In this document: positions 11,351 through 24,330 of the stretch, one piece after another | Numbering within the stretch: position 1 is the first letter of the stretch | How the letters are laid out: each line of letters starts with the position of its first letter | Assembly (NCBI RefSeq): GCF_963921235.1 | Contig: NC_086108.1 | Span: 34,536,001 to 34,600,000, forward strand | Source: Mobula hypostoma | Lineage: Eukaryota | Direction: 5' to 3' | DNA length: 64,000 nt | Made by a program: the position numbers and the translations under genes | The notes under the pieces: model-generated | The model's input: only the letters and a program-made list of their open reading frames with translations | The model's database searches: none | Told to the model about the DNA's origin: nothing

Positions 11351-12594
11351 ATAAATTCTTAGAGCAGCTCTGTAATTGATGAGAATAATGATTAGTGACA
11401 GATCTACCCTGTCACTTCTGTAACTTTACAGTGAATTATAAAGCTATTTAGTTGGCAGATACTTAACCAGAATTATTTTACCATTTGGTTGGAGTTCTGT
11501 TCGCTTGAAGCCTTTTCAGTTTGTGAGTCAAAAGGAAACATGGGATATAATGGAGACCAAAATTAATTTTATCTATCAGATGCCATAGTTTGTTTGGATA
11601 GTGTGAGCTATAGGAACCAGTGGAAATGCAACTAGTGGAGATTGTGGTTGGCAACTCGCGTGCTTTCATAACTAAGCTGGGCTGGGTCACAGGAAACTCC
11701 TGCAGAAACTTTGTGGGAGGTTCATTGCAATAGGGCATTAAAGGGCAGCTGACCCTTTTTATTAAAATTCCAGAACACGGGAAAACATTCCATAGTAAAG
11801 CATGGCCTCTTCACTGAGGTATTTAATAAGATTGAATTATTTATTGCACACATTCCAACTGTTAAAAAAAACAAAGTGGGAATATTTTTTGTGGTTTGTC
11901 ACAGAAGACAATTTCCATAGTTTTAACTAAAATAATTCTTGGCCATGATTCAGAGCATCCTTTCAGCAAAACTTTGAAATTTTATATTAACTTTTAAACA
12001 GAATACCTTTTCAAAATTTCAATCAGCAAGTAGACTAGAAAATGGAGGTTAATACAGGAGCTGATTACGTACTATCCAAATGTTTTCCCTTGGGCTTTTC
12101 CCTCCATTTTTATATCCTTGATAGGATGCTTTGTGTCCTTGCCTCATTGCTTACTTTTATCTGCTATTCATTGGTAATTTAGCAAGCTGAAATTGTGATT
12201 TGTGCAGTGACCAGTTCAGCATGCAATCAGTTTTGCCAGGCCCAGGATATACACTCCCTTGAAGATATCTTGTTGGTTTAACCTTCACTTAAGGAAAGAG
12301 ATAATCAATTGAAAGAGGATGCAAAAAGTTTGCCAAAATGATTCCAGGGTGAGTGGACTTCATTTATGTGGTAGGACCTGTGGTATCCTCCATGGATTTG
12401 AGAGGCTGCAAAGGAATCTAATAGATACTTCAATTCATGAAAGGTGGATCAAGAGAAAATGGCAGCAAGTGGTGAGGGTGTGGAATGCAGATGGAGCCAG
12501 ATTCAATTGTTGACTTCAGAAGGCAGCTGGCTTTGAGCAAAGTATCTGAAAGTGAAGAACTTAAAGGACTGTGGAGAAGAGGGTAGGGGACGAT

Positions 12595-14220
12595 TGTTAG
12601 ATTCATAAATTATACAGCACAGAAATGTACCCTTTGGCCCAATTTATCCAAGTTGGTCAAGATGCCTATCTATGCTAATCCTGTGTTTGGGTCACACACC
12701 TCTGGACCTTTCCTAATCATGAACCTGTCCAAGTGTCTTTTAAATGTTGGAATTGTACCATCTTTACCACTTCTTCTGGCAGCTTATTCCATATATACAT
12801 CAAACTCTGTGTGAAAAATTTGGCTGTCAGGACCTTGATAAATTTTTCCTCACTCACCTTAAAACTATGCTCTGTAGTTCAAAGTTCAAAGTTATGTTAT
12901 TATCTAAGTACATGTACGTCACCATATACGACCCTGAGTTTCATTTCTTGCGGACATTCACTGTAAATAAAAGAAACAATAGAATCAATGAAAAAACACA
13001 CACAACAAAGATGAACAACCAATGTGTATCAAACTATTCAAATACAAAAAGAGTGGAAAAAATCAAAATAATAAAAATATAAGCAATAAAATAACTATCG
13101 AGAACATGAACTGTAGTGTCCTTGAAGATGAGTCCACAGATTGTGGAATTAGTTCAGTGTTGGGGTGAGTGAAGAGTGAAGTTACCCCTCTGGTTTAAGA
13201 GCCTGATGGTTGAGGGGAAGTAATTATTCCCACTATGCATCTGTAGAAGTTTGTCAAAGGTTTAGATGACATACTGAATATTTGCAAACGCCAAGAAAAT
13301 AGAGGCACTGTCATGCCTTCATTGTAATGGCAGTTACATCCTAGAGCCAGGACAGATCCTCTGAAATAATTACACTGAGGAATTTAAAGTTGCTGACCCT
13401 CTCCATCTCTGATTCCTTGATGAGGATTGGCTCATGGACCCCTGGTTTCCTCCTGCTGTAGTCAATAATCAGCTCTTTAGTTTTGCTGACATTGAGTGAG
13501 ATGTTGTGATGGTGGAACTGTTCAGCCAGATTTTTAATATCCTTCCTATGTGCTGATTCGTCACCAACTTTGTTTTGGCCAGCTACAGTAGTGGTGTCGG
13601 CAAACTTAAATATGGTGTTGGAACGGTACTTAGCCTCACAGTCATAAGTATAAAGCGAGTAGACCAGTGGACATAGCCTTGTGGTGTACCTGTGGAGATT
13701 GTGGAGGAATAGTTGTTGTCAATCCAAAGTGACTGCAGTCTGCAAGTGAGGAAATCGAGGATCCAATTGCACAAGAAGGCATAGGTCTTGGAGCTTATTG
13801 ATTAATCTTTAAGGGATGGTAGTTTTAAATGCAGAGCTGTAGTTTTAAATTCCCTTACCATAGGAAAAAATACATGACTATCTAACTTATCTATGACCCT
13901 CATAAATTTTATAAACCTCGATAGTCACCCTTCGCCGTCCTTCACTCCCACCTATAACTCATTATTCTGACTTCTGCTCCTTCCCATTTCATTCAGATCT
14001 GATGAAGGGTCTCAGCCTTTTGACTTTTATTTTCCTCCGTAGATGCTACATGCCCCGATGAGTTCCTCCAGCATTTTGTGTGTGTTGCTCAACATTCCGG
14101 TGATTTTATTTCCCCCATCTGCCTCCTCTCCAACTTAATTACATTCTTCATATAGTGCAGCAGCCAGTACTGTACACAGTACTCCAAGTGAGGTCTAACC
14201 TGTGATTTGTACAACATCAG
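12595..14220 (-). mobile_element. Old CR1 fragment split by a Rex1-type insertion and a PLE-derived short element
   Basis: CR1 3' end rc at 12600-12870, resuming at ~13850-14220 (tactccaagtgaggtctaacc = rc of VRPHLEY). Confidence 0.6.
12878..13850 (-). mobile_element. Rex1/Babar-type LINE fragment
   Basis: ORF 13583..13774 [16 protein letters not shown]; tail ttcaaagttcaaag. Confidence 0.8.
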
Positions 14221-15148
14221 ATCACTGCAGACTCAGCCTTCCATTGCTGTGACCATTATGTGATCTTGCTGGAGTGTAGTGAATAAACTGAGGAGTTATT
14301 CAGCCCTGTTATGGTGGATTTCCTAATACTTCATGTTTACCTTATTGTGACAGGAAAACATTTTCACTATTCATATCCATTTAGGTGCTTGATAAATATA
14401 TTAAATGAACAGACTATGAGAATTATTGGTAATCTACTTCTGTTAATTGTTTAATGACTTCCACCAGGGATATTTTTTCTTCTGATCAAAGTTAACAAAA
14501 TGGGCAGGGGATGTCAAAGTCTGGCTTTGGACTGAACTGAATGGTTGGTGTATCAGAAGAGCTGAACTTTGGCATTCCTTAAGTTGCTGCACTTGCATTC
14601 TGAAGTTCAAACCTGGTTATTCATTCTGAAAAGTGGGTGATTTTTGCCATTCCCAGCATGTAACAACAGCTAAAATAACTAAAAAAAATGTTAGAGCAAA
14701 GTTTCTATTGGAGTATCAGGCTAGATAATCTTTCTTCATGAGGGGCTTCTAAGTTCCATTCTAAAACCTGGTCACATTCCAGGTTGATACTTCAATGCAT
14801 AACTACAGTTAAATTTATTGCCCCGGGCATGCAATTTTGGAGGAAAAGTCTTATCTGTTCACCCAAGGACGATCAGTTCTGGAAAAGTTTTTAAGAATTG
14901 TAGTATTAACTGTTTGTCTTTCCACAGACTCTATCTGGCCAGCTTAGTGTTTCCAGATCTTTCTGTTTACATTTTTTTAAGGACAGGATATGTTGCTTGC
15001 CTTAGTCACTTTTCATCCCATATTGCAGGTCAACCAGTAGGTTATTTAGCTTAATGCTGTTTTGTTGCTCATTGGGATGGGCTGGTATCTTGTCCACAGT
15101 GATCAAAAGTACTCTGTTACCTGAGAAACACTATGGATACGAATATCA

Positions 15149-15618
15149 AGCAACACACATCAAAGTTGCTGGTGAACGCAGCAGGCCAGGCAGCATCTCT
15201 AGGAAGAGGTACAGTCGACGTTTCGGGCCGAGACCCTTCGTCAGGAAGAGCTAGTAAGAGATTTGAAAGTGGGAGGGGGTGGGGGAGATCCAAAATGATA
15301 GGAGAAGACAGGAGGGGGAGGGATGGAGCCAAGAGCTGGACAGGTGAGTGGCAAAGGGGATATGAGAGGATCATGGGGCAGGAGGCCCAGGGAGAAAGAC
15401 AAGTGGGGGGGGGGACCCAGAGGATGGGCAAGGGGTATAGTCAGAGGGACAGAGGGATAAAAAGGAGAGTGAGAGAAAGAATGTGTGTATAAAAATAAAT
15501 AATGGATGGGGTACGAGGGGGAGGTGGGGCATTAGCGGAAGTTAGAGAAGTCAATGTTCATGCCATCAGGTTGGAGGCTACCCACATGGAATATAAGGTG
15601 TTGTTCCTCCAACCTAAG
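15149..15618 (-). mobile_element. Penelope-like element 3' fragment with 9-bp TSD
   Basis: cgaatatca at 15140-15148 and 15619-15627; rc encodes LEEQHLIFHVGSLQPDGMNIDFSNF. Confidence 0.9.
15212..15246 (-). ncRNA. Minimal hammerhead ribozyme motif (core intact, stem I eroded)
   Basis: rc reads CUGACGA-A-GGGU cucg GCCC-GAAA-CG-UC-GACUG. Confidence 0.6.
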
Positions 15619-16619
15619 CGAATATCATTTCACTTATTGTCCTGAGGGAAGATTGGGAAATGGTGACATTGCATTCTGATTCACTTTTTTTATTTTTATG
15701 TTAACATCTGGAGTTACTTTTTCCGAGTAAAGATGCCCTTTCCTTGACAGTGGGCACTCTTTCAATTGTTACTGGTCAAAGTATAATTCAAGAAATGGAG
15801 AGTGCCTCAAACTACAATCATCAAACTTGTCTTCTCTGTTACAGATGTATGATCCATCCTACCCTCCCCAGCTTCAGTGACACTGGGAAGTGCATCTTTA
15901 ACATGCAACCCAAGTGATCAATCCTTACGAGGTTGATATTTAAATTCTGAAGGGTGCAGTTGTGTCTAATGTCCGAGCCATGCAAATATGAAAGTACTTC
16001 ATAGTGTTTTTGAGATCATAGTTGTCCCACTCTGACCCCATGCTGCTCAAAGCCATTAGCAACACTCATATATTGTGCCATTAAAAGTTCAAAGGGTCCT
16101 GTTGGTCAAATAAGGCAGAAGAAAAGATGAGGCAGATGTGAATGTGACTGATTGCCCTTGAGATTTAATTTAAGGACTTCAAATATCTTTAATGGCCACT
16201 GTTAATACAGGTACGATACGCCTGAGGCATTCAAAGAGGTTAATGACATGTCTTGCATGCTTATCGCCATTTCAAACAAAGTGGGATTATTTTAGTTCGT
16301 TTTTATTTGATAAATGTCAAAACCAGGCAATCGCTGGCAGTAAGTGAAAATATAGAGGAACAGTGCCAGAACAAACGTGGTAACTTGTGTTTTTTAAATA
16401 TTATAGAATGACTAACTCGCATTCATTTCTTTGCAACTACATGATGACATCTGCCAAATGTGAATAGACTTGACTCAGGTAAATGAACTATAAGTAATTA
16501 TCGTTTGCAAAGTGCTGCACAATGGAAGATGACTCAGAGTAATGGAAGCTGTAGAAATGCTGTGGAGAAGTTAACATGTTTGTTGTTCTGTTCTTTTGGG
16601 TCATTGCCCCTTTATTAAT

Positions 16620-18175
16620 ACATCTTTCTCATGTAGTTGAGGAGGAGGTGCTATCACCGATCTGCACTGACTATGGTCTTCTGATGAGGAAGTCAAGGAC
16701 CTATTTGCAGCAGGAGGTACTGTACATAGGCCCAGGTTTTGAAGCTTGCTGATTAGTAGTGAGGGGGTGATGGTGATAAATGCTGACCTGTAAGTGATAA
16801 ACAGCAGACTGATGTAGGTTTTACTATTGCCTGGGTGCTCCATAGTAGAGTGGAGGGCCAGCGAGATTGCATCTAGTGTAGTCCTATTGCGGTGATAGAC
16901 AAATTATAGTGGTTCCAGGTCCCTTGCTCAGTAGGAGTTAATTCTAGCCGTGATCAATCTCTCAAAGCACTTCATCACAGTAACCTACACAAAATGCTGG
17001 AAGAACTCAGCAGGTCACACTTCTTCACAGTATATGTGATTGCTACTGGGTGATAATCATTGAGGCAGTTCGCCGTGCTCTTCTTGGAAACTGGTATGAT
17101 TGTTGCCCATTTGCAGCAGTGAAATGTTGAAAAAGCCCTTCAACACTCCAGCTAGATGGTTGGCACAGCTTTTCAGTACCCTACCAGGTACACCTTCGGG
17201 GCCTAACACAGTGCGAGGGTCCACCCTCTCGAGGGATGTTCTGACATTGCCGTCCAAGACAGAGATCACAGGTCACCAGATGCTGTGGGAATTCACACAA
17301 GTTTATTCACCCTTTCAACGTATGTATATAAGGCATTAAGCTCATTCAGGAGTGAAACATCACAGCCAGTTATGCTGTTAGGCTTTGCTTAAGGAAGCAA
17401 TGGCAAGCAAACCCTGCCACACATATCGTGCATCGAATTGTGTCTCTAACTTCACGTGGGATTTCCTTTTCTCTCTCATGATGACCTTTTTGTAGGTCAT
17501 ACCTGGACTTCTTGTAGGATTTTGGGTTGCTGGTCTTGTACATCCACAGATCCAGCCCTCAGCAGACTGTGAATCTCCTGGTTCATCTACAGCTTCTGGT
17601 TTGGGGCAATTCTGTATATTCTCAAAGGCACACACTCATCCACGCAGGTTTTGGTGAAGTCAGTGACGGCTGTGGCATATTTATTCAGACCCGTGTGAAT
17701 CCCTGAATATGGTTCAGTTCACAAATTTAAAGCAGTTCTGTAAACTGTCCTTCGCCTTGCTTGAGCATACCAGCACCTTCTTCACCACTGGTCCTGCAGT
17801 CCTCAGTCTCTGCTGATGTGCCAGGGATTGAGGATAATCTGCTGAGTCAACTTCCCAAAGTGCAGGTTTGGGATGGCATGGTAAATTTTGTTGATGGTGG
17901 TGTAACAAGGATTGAGTGTGTTGGCTCCTCTGGTTCTGCAGGTGACATATTGATGGTAGTTAGTCAGAGGCTTCTTCAAGCTGGCCTAGAAGAAGACCCT
18001 TTTCCCAATGATCAGGAAAGATCAGGGTGTGCTTTCGCTTGACTGCTGATCATGTTGCTCAGCTCCTCCAGTTCCAGTCCGATGTTTGCCAGGGGTAGAA
18101 TCTACACTGCAAGCAGGATGATGGCAGGGAACTCCCTTAGCAGATAGAATTTGAGATAAGTTTAAGATGGTGCTA
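16620..18175 (-). mobile_element. Rex1/Babar-type LINE fragment (endonuclease-RT region)
   Basis: ORFs GPEGVPGRVLKSCANHLAGV and FITITPSLLISKLQNLGL; VWQGL motif. Confidence 0.8.
16983..17017 (-). mobile_element. 35-bp PLE terminal micro-insertion with 15-bp TSD
   Basis: cacttcatcacagta (16968-16982) and cacttcttcacagta (17018-17032) flank acacaaaatgctggaagaactcagcaggtca. Confidence 0.75.
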
Positions 18176-18511
18176 CCGAAGATATACAACAGCTTACTGG
18201 TAAATCATAAGGCAAGAGAATTGACTAAAAACATTACTTATAACATCTTCCATAAAGCAAATTGTGGTGAACTATCACTGCAGACAGTGAAGAGGCAGGT
18301 GGCGAGGAGACTGGTTGGAGGGGATGGGGCATTGGAGGGTATTGGGGCATTGCGAGGCACAACACCTTTGAGCTGCCAGGGAAGCAGTCGGAGTTCATAT
18401 CGCTAATGGAGATGGAGTGAGTGATTTGGAGAGGAGTCGACGTGGAAGAGTTTCGATGGCCATCCACCTAGCTTGGGTGCTTCAAGTGCCGAGCCGATTT
18501 GGTGAGATTGG

Positions 18512-19985
18512 TAATTAGTGGAGGCATTAGTAATGATCTTTCAAGAGCTGCTGGATTCTGGAGGACTGGAGGGCTGCGGGTGTCACTCCACTCTTCAAGA
18601 AGGGAGAGAGGCAGAAGAAAGGAAACTATAGGCCACTTCATCTGGCCTCAGTGGTTGGGAAGATGTTGGAATCGATTATTACTGATGAGGTCTCAGGGTA
18701 CTTGGAGGCACATGATAAAATAAGCCATAGTCAGCGTGGTTTTCTCAAGGGAAAGTCTTGCCTGACAAGTCTGTTGGAATTCTTTGAAGAAGTAGCGAGT
18801 AGGGTAGACAAAGGAGAATTGGGTTGATGTGTATTTGGATTTTCAAAAGGCCTTTGACAAGGTGCCACACATGAGGCTGCTTAACAAGCTAGGAGCCCAT
18901 AGTATTACAGAAAAGATTCTAGCATGGATAAAGCAGTAGCTGATTGGAAGGAGGCAAAGTGTGGGAATAAGAGGAGCCTTTTCTGGCTGTCTGCCAGTGT
19001 CTAGTGGTGTTCCACAGGGGTTGGGACCAATTATATTTACATTATATATCAATGATTTGGATGATGGAATTGATAGCTTTGCTGCAAAGTTTGCAGATGA
19101 TATGAATGTAGGTGGAGGGGCAGGTAGGTTTGAGGAGGTGCAGATGCTGCAGAAGGACTTGGACAGAGTAGGAGAATGGTCAAAGAGATGGCAGATGGAA
19201 TACGGTGTCAGGTAGTTCATGGTTTTGCACTTTGGTAGAAGAAATGAAAGGGTTGTCTATATTCTAAATGGAGAGGAAATACAAACAACTGTGGAACAAA
19301 GGGACCTGGGATTCCTTGTACAGGATTCCCTGAAGGTTAATTTGCAGGTTGAGCCTATGGTGAGGAAGGCATATGCAATGTTACCATTCATTTCAAGAGG
19401 ACTAGAATATAAAAGTAAGGATGTAATGTTGAAACTTTATAAAGCACTGGTGAGGCCTCACTTGAAGTATTGTGAGCAGGTTTTGGCCTCTTAGAAAGGA
19501 TGTGCTGAAAATGGAGAGGGTTCAGTGGAGGTTCACAAAAATGAAGAGCGTTTGATGTCTCTGGTCCTGTATTCACTAGAATTCAGAAGAATGAGGGGTG
19601 ACCTCATTGAAACCTATGGAATGATGAAAGGCCTTCATAGAGTGGATGTGGAGAGGATATTTCCTATGGTGGGAGAGTCTAAGGCCAGAGGACACAGTCT
19701 CAGAATAGAGGGGCGTCCTTTTAGAATGGAGGTGAGGAGGAACCTCTTGAGTCAAAATGGTAAATCTGTGCAATTCTTTGTCACAGGCAGCTGTGGAAGC
19801 CATGTGTACATGTATATTTAAGTAAGAGGTTAATAGATTCTTGTTTCATCAGGGCATGAAGGGATATGGGGAGAAGGCAGGAGATTGGGGCTGAGAAGAA
19901 AATTGGATCAGCCATGATGAAATGGAGAAACAAACTCAATGGGCTAAATGGCCTAATTCTGCCCCTTTATCTTATGGTCTTATGG
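18512..19985 (+). mobile_element. CR1 LINE, 5'-truncated, disrupted ORF2 RT
   Basis: VSSGVPQG..YINDLDDG..KFADD, LYKALVRPHLKYC, RMRGDLIETY; tail (cttatggt)n. Confidence 0.95.
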
Positions 19986-20475
19986 CTTCAAGCAGGGCAT
20001 CAGGCATATTGGGGTGCCTGGACCCAGCTCCTAGAACGTGGCACTACTTGGTGTTTGGACAATTTAAGCTCTGGCACAGATAGACTGGAAGCCTGACTGT
20101 CAGGTATGGAAGTGAGAGTTGGGCTGAGCTCACTCACTCTTCTGTGAATGTTCATTCTTTCTCTACGGCACTGAACTGGCTGCTGTGCGTTCCTGCCCCG
20201 TTGGTGTGAAACTGAGACTGGGGCTTGGTTTGGGCCTACTCTGACTGCTCCAGGAGCAGATCTGGGACTCAGTCTGGTTCAGAATGCTGTTAGCTTGCTT
20301 TTATTGTTTGCACGATGTGGTTTTCTTTTCTCTCTCTTCCTGTACCCAGTGGTTTTTGGTCTTTTTTTAAAAATAGGGTTATTTGAGTTTCTTGCTTTGT
20401 GGCTGCCTATAAGCAGACAAATTTCAAGGGGTATTATTTCTACATTCTTTGATAATAAATGTTCTTTGAACTGAA
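19986..20475 (+). repeat. Unclassified interspersed repeat (5' part possibly at 18260-18510, split by the CR1)
   Basis: Shares its 3' tail with 5935-6165. Confidence 0.5.
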
Positions 20476-21204
20476 TTAACAATCAGATATTCCAGATCAG
20501 GGGAGCTCAACAGGGAACTGAAAAGTCTGTGAACCTTGATGAGTTAATCATGAAGCAGAGAAAACCAATTTTGCCTTTATGTGGTGCCACTGTCCAGTCC
20601 ATGGGATTAAGTATGGAGCCCTCCGGCTGGAATGCTGTGTTCCAGAATAATGGGGGTGAACCATGCCTCCGTGAAGCAGTGTACACAATAGTTCCTGATG
20701 TCCCTCTGCTCTGTTTATTCCAATCAGCATTTTATTTCTTTACATTTTTGTCCTTAACGAGTGGACCTCCCAGTACAAACCTACATTGTGTTTTTTACTT
20801 CAGAGCCCTGAAACTTTCATTCCCTTTGAAGCAATTATTTCGTGTGTCCTGACCTAGCCTCACTCCAAATAGCAGAGAGAATAAAAGCCCAGCGGTTTTA
20901 TGACCCGGGCCCAAATTTTATTAATTAGGCTTTAAAACGTTGATTACTACCTTATTACAGAATCCCTGTATTACAGATCATTTTTGATGCAAGACTTTAA
21001 CCCAAAATGTTCTGTAGCTACAGCTGTCTTTCTGGTTTTAAGCTGTTTAATTTGTTCATGACTGAAATAGACCAATTTTACACACATTGTGTCCAGGTAC
21101 TTCATTGTAAAAGAAAATTGATGACTTTATTTGCTTTTTTTCAATGTTGCAGTGTAGGAAATGTAGCTGGCTGTTTATGTCTAGCGAAGTTCCACAGCTG
21201 GCTA

Positions 21205-21655
21205 CATTCAAAGTTCAGAATAAATATAGTATCAAAGTATGTTTATATCACCAGATACTGTACTACCTTAAGATTTTTTTTGCAGATATTCACAGTAGAA
21301 TCTATGACTAATTTCACAGTAGAATCAAGAAATACAATAGAATCAGTGGTAAACTACACACGGAGACTGACAATATACAAAAGAAGACAAGCTGTATAAA
21401 TACAAAAAAAAACAAATATATAAATTAATTGATAAATAATACAGAGAACGTGAGTGCTTGAGTCCTTGAAAGTGAGTACACATCAAAAAAAGTGTGGGAT
21501 CAGTTCAGAGTTGAGCTGAGTGAAATTATCCAGGCTGCTTCAGGAGCCTGATGGTGGAAGGGTAATTACTGTTTCTGAACTTGACATTGTGGGACCTGAG
21601 GCTCCTGTACCTCCTTCCCAAAGGGAGCAGCGAGAACAGAGCATTGCATGGTGGT
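21205..21655 (-). mobile_element. Rex1/Babar-type LINE 3' end
   Basis: Similar to 12878-13230; gctcctgtacctccttcccaaaggg = rc of a PxGRRYRS motif. Confidence 0.7.
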
Positions 21656-22254
21656 ATTGACCAATATATTTAGTAGTGGTGTTTGAACAAATTTCAGCCT
21701 GGATATTTGGGTTGATTTCCCTGCTGTACTTCAAAGTGATCTTTCTAGGTCTTTGGCATTTTTTTTTGTGAAAAGGAGGGTGATGCCTAGTGCAACCTAT
21801 AGTGTTACACTCTGGTTTTTCACATGAGTGTGAATGAAAGCTTGAGAGACCTAAAGCTGATTTTGTTTTTGTGATCTAATGAATATTAGCTATTATGGTG
21901 ATCCAATTAATTTCTAATTTGGGGTTTCTTAGTGCTTCCACAACCCTAACATTGACAATTTGTAAAGTCAGACATAAATACCTCCAATTATGAAAGGAAT
22001 CTCACTGTTTGCTGTAAACAGTCAATTCTCCCTACATTAATATCCAGTGAGATGTGGTTCAAGCTTGCTTTGATGGCCCCATAGTAAATTGACATTGAGT
22101 CATAGAGTCTGAGATGCTTGAAACTGTTTGGATTATGTAATTAGTTTATAAACACTATGTAGACAGAATGAGCTTTTGACAAATGCATTAGTGTAAGGGA
22201 GCCTGTTATTAGTTGGCCTTTATGTGTATTCGTGGAATGTACTGATGACAGTGA

Positions 22255-22805
22255 AAACAGCAAATGCTGGGAACGTGGCAGGTCAGGGAGCACCTGCTCT
22301 CATCCTCCCTCTCCACGCACAGAGCAAGGACAGTTTCTTGGATCAGTTGATCATACTTTATAATTTCCACCAGCTTCAATGAGATAGCATCACTAGACGC
22401 ATCCCCCCCTCCCCTCCCCTTTCTACAGTCAGAAAGAATGTTTCCCTTCATGACCCTGATTCACAGTTCCATTTCCACCGACCAGCCCCCTTCTCTCCAC
22501 ATCTGACCTTTTACCTTTTCCCTTCACGCCCATCCTGTGATCCAAACAGTCCTTGCAGGTGAAGCAGTGATTCTGGTTGCCCTTCTACCAGTCTAAAGTA
22601 CTGTACTTGCTGTTCACAATGTGGTCTCCAAAACAATGGAGAAACCAGATGCGGATTAGGTGGAGTATCTTCATTCAGAATGCAGGGTGATGGTGAGCTG
22701 CTTGTTTCCTCTGTCTTTAATTTCCCATCCTACTACTTGACTTTCCTACCTGTCTCCACTTGCAGTCTTGTAGTGAGGCCCAATGTAAGCTCAAGGAACT
22801 GCACG
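22255..22805 (+). mobile_element. Old PLE fragment, host of the younger inverted PLE; resumes ~24331-24390
   Basis: Degenerate SQCGL..GETRCGLG coding remnant. Confidence 0.6.
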
Positions 22806-23405
22806 TCTCACAACACACTGGAGAAACTCAGCAGGTCGGGCAGCATCCGTGGAAAAGACGAGTCGACGTTTCGGGCCAGAACCCTTCGTCAGGATTGCAG
22901 AGGGAAGGGGCAGAGGCCCTATAAAGAAGGTGGGGGAGGGTGGGAAGGAGAAGGCTGGTAGGTCCAGTTGAAAAACCAGTAATTTGAAAGACAAAGGGTG
23001 GGGGAGGGGAAGCAGGGAGGTGATAGGCAGGAAAGGTGAAGAAGGAATAGGGGAAAACACAATGGGTAGTAGAAGGAGGTGGAACCATGATGGAGGTGAT
23101 AGGCAGCTGGGGGAGAGGGCAGAGTTAAATAGGGATAGAGGAAGGGAGGGGGAAGGAATTACAGGAAGTTGGAGAATTCTATGTTCATACCAAAGGGCTG
23201 GAGACTACCTAGACGGTATATGAGGTGTTGCTCCTCTAACCTGAGTTTAGCCTCATCATGGCAGTAGAGGAGGCCATGTATGGACATATCTGAATGGGAG
23301 TGGGAAGCAGGGTTGAAGTGGGTGGCTACTGGGAGATCCTGTCTGTTGTGGCGGACGGAGCAGAGGTGCTCAACGAAGCGGTCCTCTAATCTGCGTCGGG
23401 TTTCA
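22806..23405 (-). mobile_element. Young PLE, inverted arm
   Basis: Near-exact reverse complement of 23694-24293. Confidence 0.9.
22861..22897 (-). ncRNA. Minimal type-I hammerhead ribozyme motif
   Basis: rc: aauc-CUGACGA-A-GGGU ucug GCCC-GAAA-CG-UC-gacu; GUC cleavage triplet; one mismatch in stem I. Confidence 0.65.
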
Positions 23406-24330
23406 TCTTCAATAGGACCCCACCACTAAGCACATCTTTCCCTCTCCACCCCTCTCCGCTTTCCGCAGGGATCGGTCCCTCCGCGACTCCTTTATGCACA
23501 CGTCCCTCCCCACGGATCTCCCACCCAGCACTTAGCCCTGTAAGCGTAAGTGCTACACCTGTCCCTACACCTCCTTTCTTGCCACCATTCAGGGCCCCAA
23601 ACGGTCCTTCCAGGTCAGGCAACACTTCACTTGTGAGTCTGTTGGGGTCATCTATTGCATCCGGTGCTCCCGGTGCGGCCTCCTCTACATCGGTGAAACC
23701 CGACGCAGATTGGGGGACCGCTTCGTCGAGCACCTCCGCTCCGTCCGCCACAACAGACAGGATCTCCTGGTAGCCACCCACTTCAACTCTGCTTCCCATT
23801 CCCATTCAGATATGTCCATACATGGCCTCCTCTACTGCCATGATGAGGCTAAACTCAGGTTAGAGGAGCAACACCTCATATACCGTCTAGGTAGTCTCCA
23901 GCCCTTTGGTATGAACATATAATTCTCCAACTTATGGTAATTCCCTCCCCCTCCCTTCCTCCATCCTTATTTCACTCTGCCTCCTCCCCCCGCTGCCTAT
24001 CACCTCCCTCATGGTTCCGCCTCCTTCTACTACCCATTGTGTTTTCCCCTATTCCTCCTTAACCTTTCCTGCCTATCATCTCCCTGCTTCCGCTCCCTCA
24101 CCCTTTCGTCTTTCAAATTACTGGTTTTTCAACTGGACCTACCAGCCTTCTCCTTCCCACCCTCCCCCACCTTCTTTATAGGGCCTCTGCCCCTTCCCTC
24201 TTCAGTCCTGACGAAGGGTTCTGGCCTGAAACGTTGACTGATCGTTTCCACGGATGCTGCCCGACCTGCTGAGTTCCTCCAGCATGTTGTGAGTGTTGCT
24301 TTGATCCCAGCATCTACAGATTATTTTGTG
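23406..24330 (+). mobile_element. Young Penelope-like element: GIY-YIG endonuclease C-terminus plus 3' UTR
   Basis: Encodes FTCESVGVIYCIRCSRCGLLYIGETRRRLGDRFVEHLRSV..HFNSASHS..RLEEQHLIYRLGSLQPFGMN. Confidence 0.95.
24202..24241 (+). ncRNA. Minimal type-I hammerhead ribozyme motif (best copy)
   Basis: UCAGUC-CUGACGA-A-GGGU ucug GCCU-GAAA-CG-UU-GACUGA; perfect 6-bp stem I; core intact; palindromic ACGU in place of stem III. Confidence 0.7.

Noticed and set aside
15826..15920. Strong splice-acceptor-like site (cttctctgttacag)
   Set aside because: All three downstream frames stop within ~75 nt and no good donor follows.
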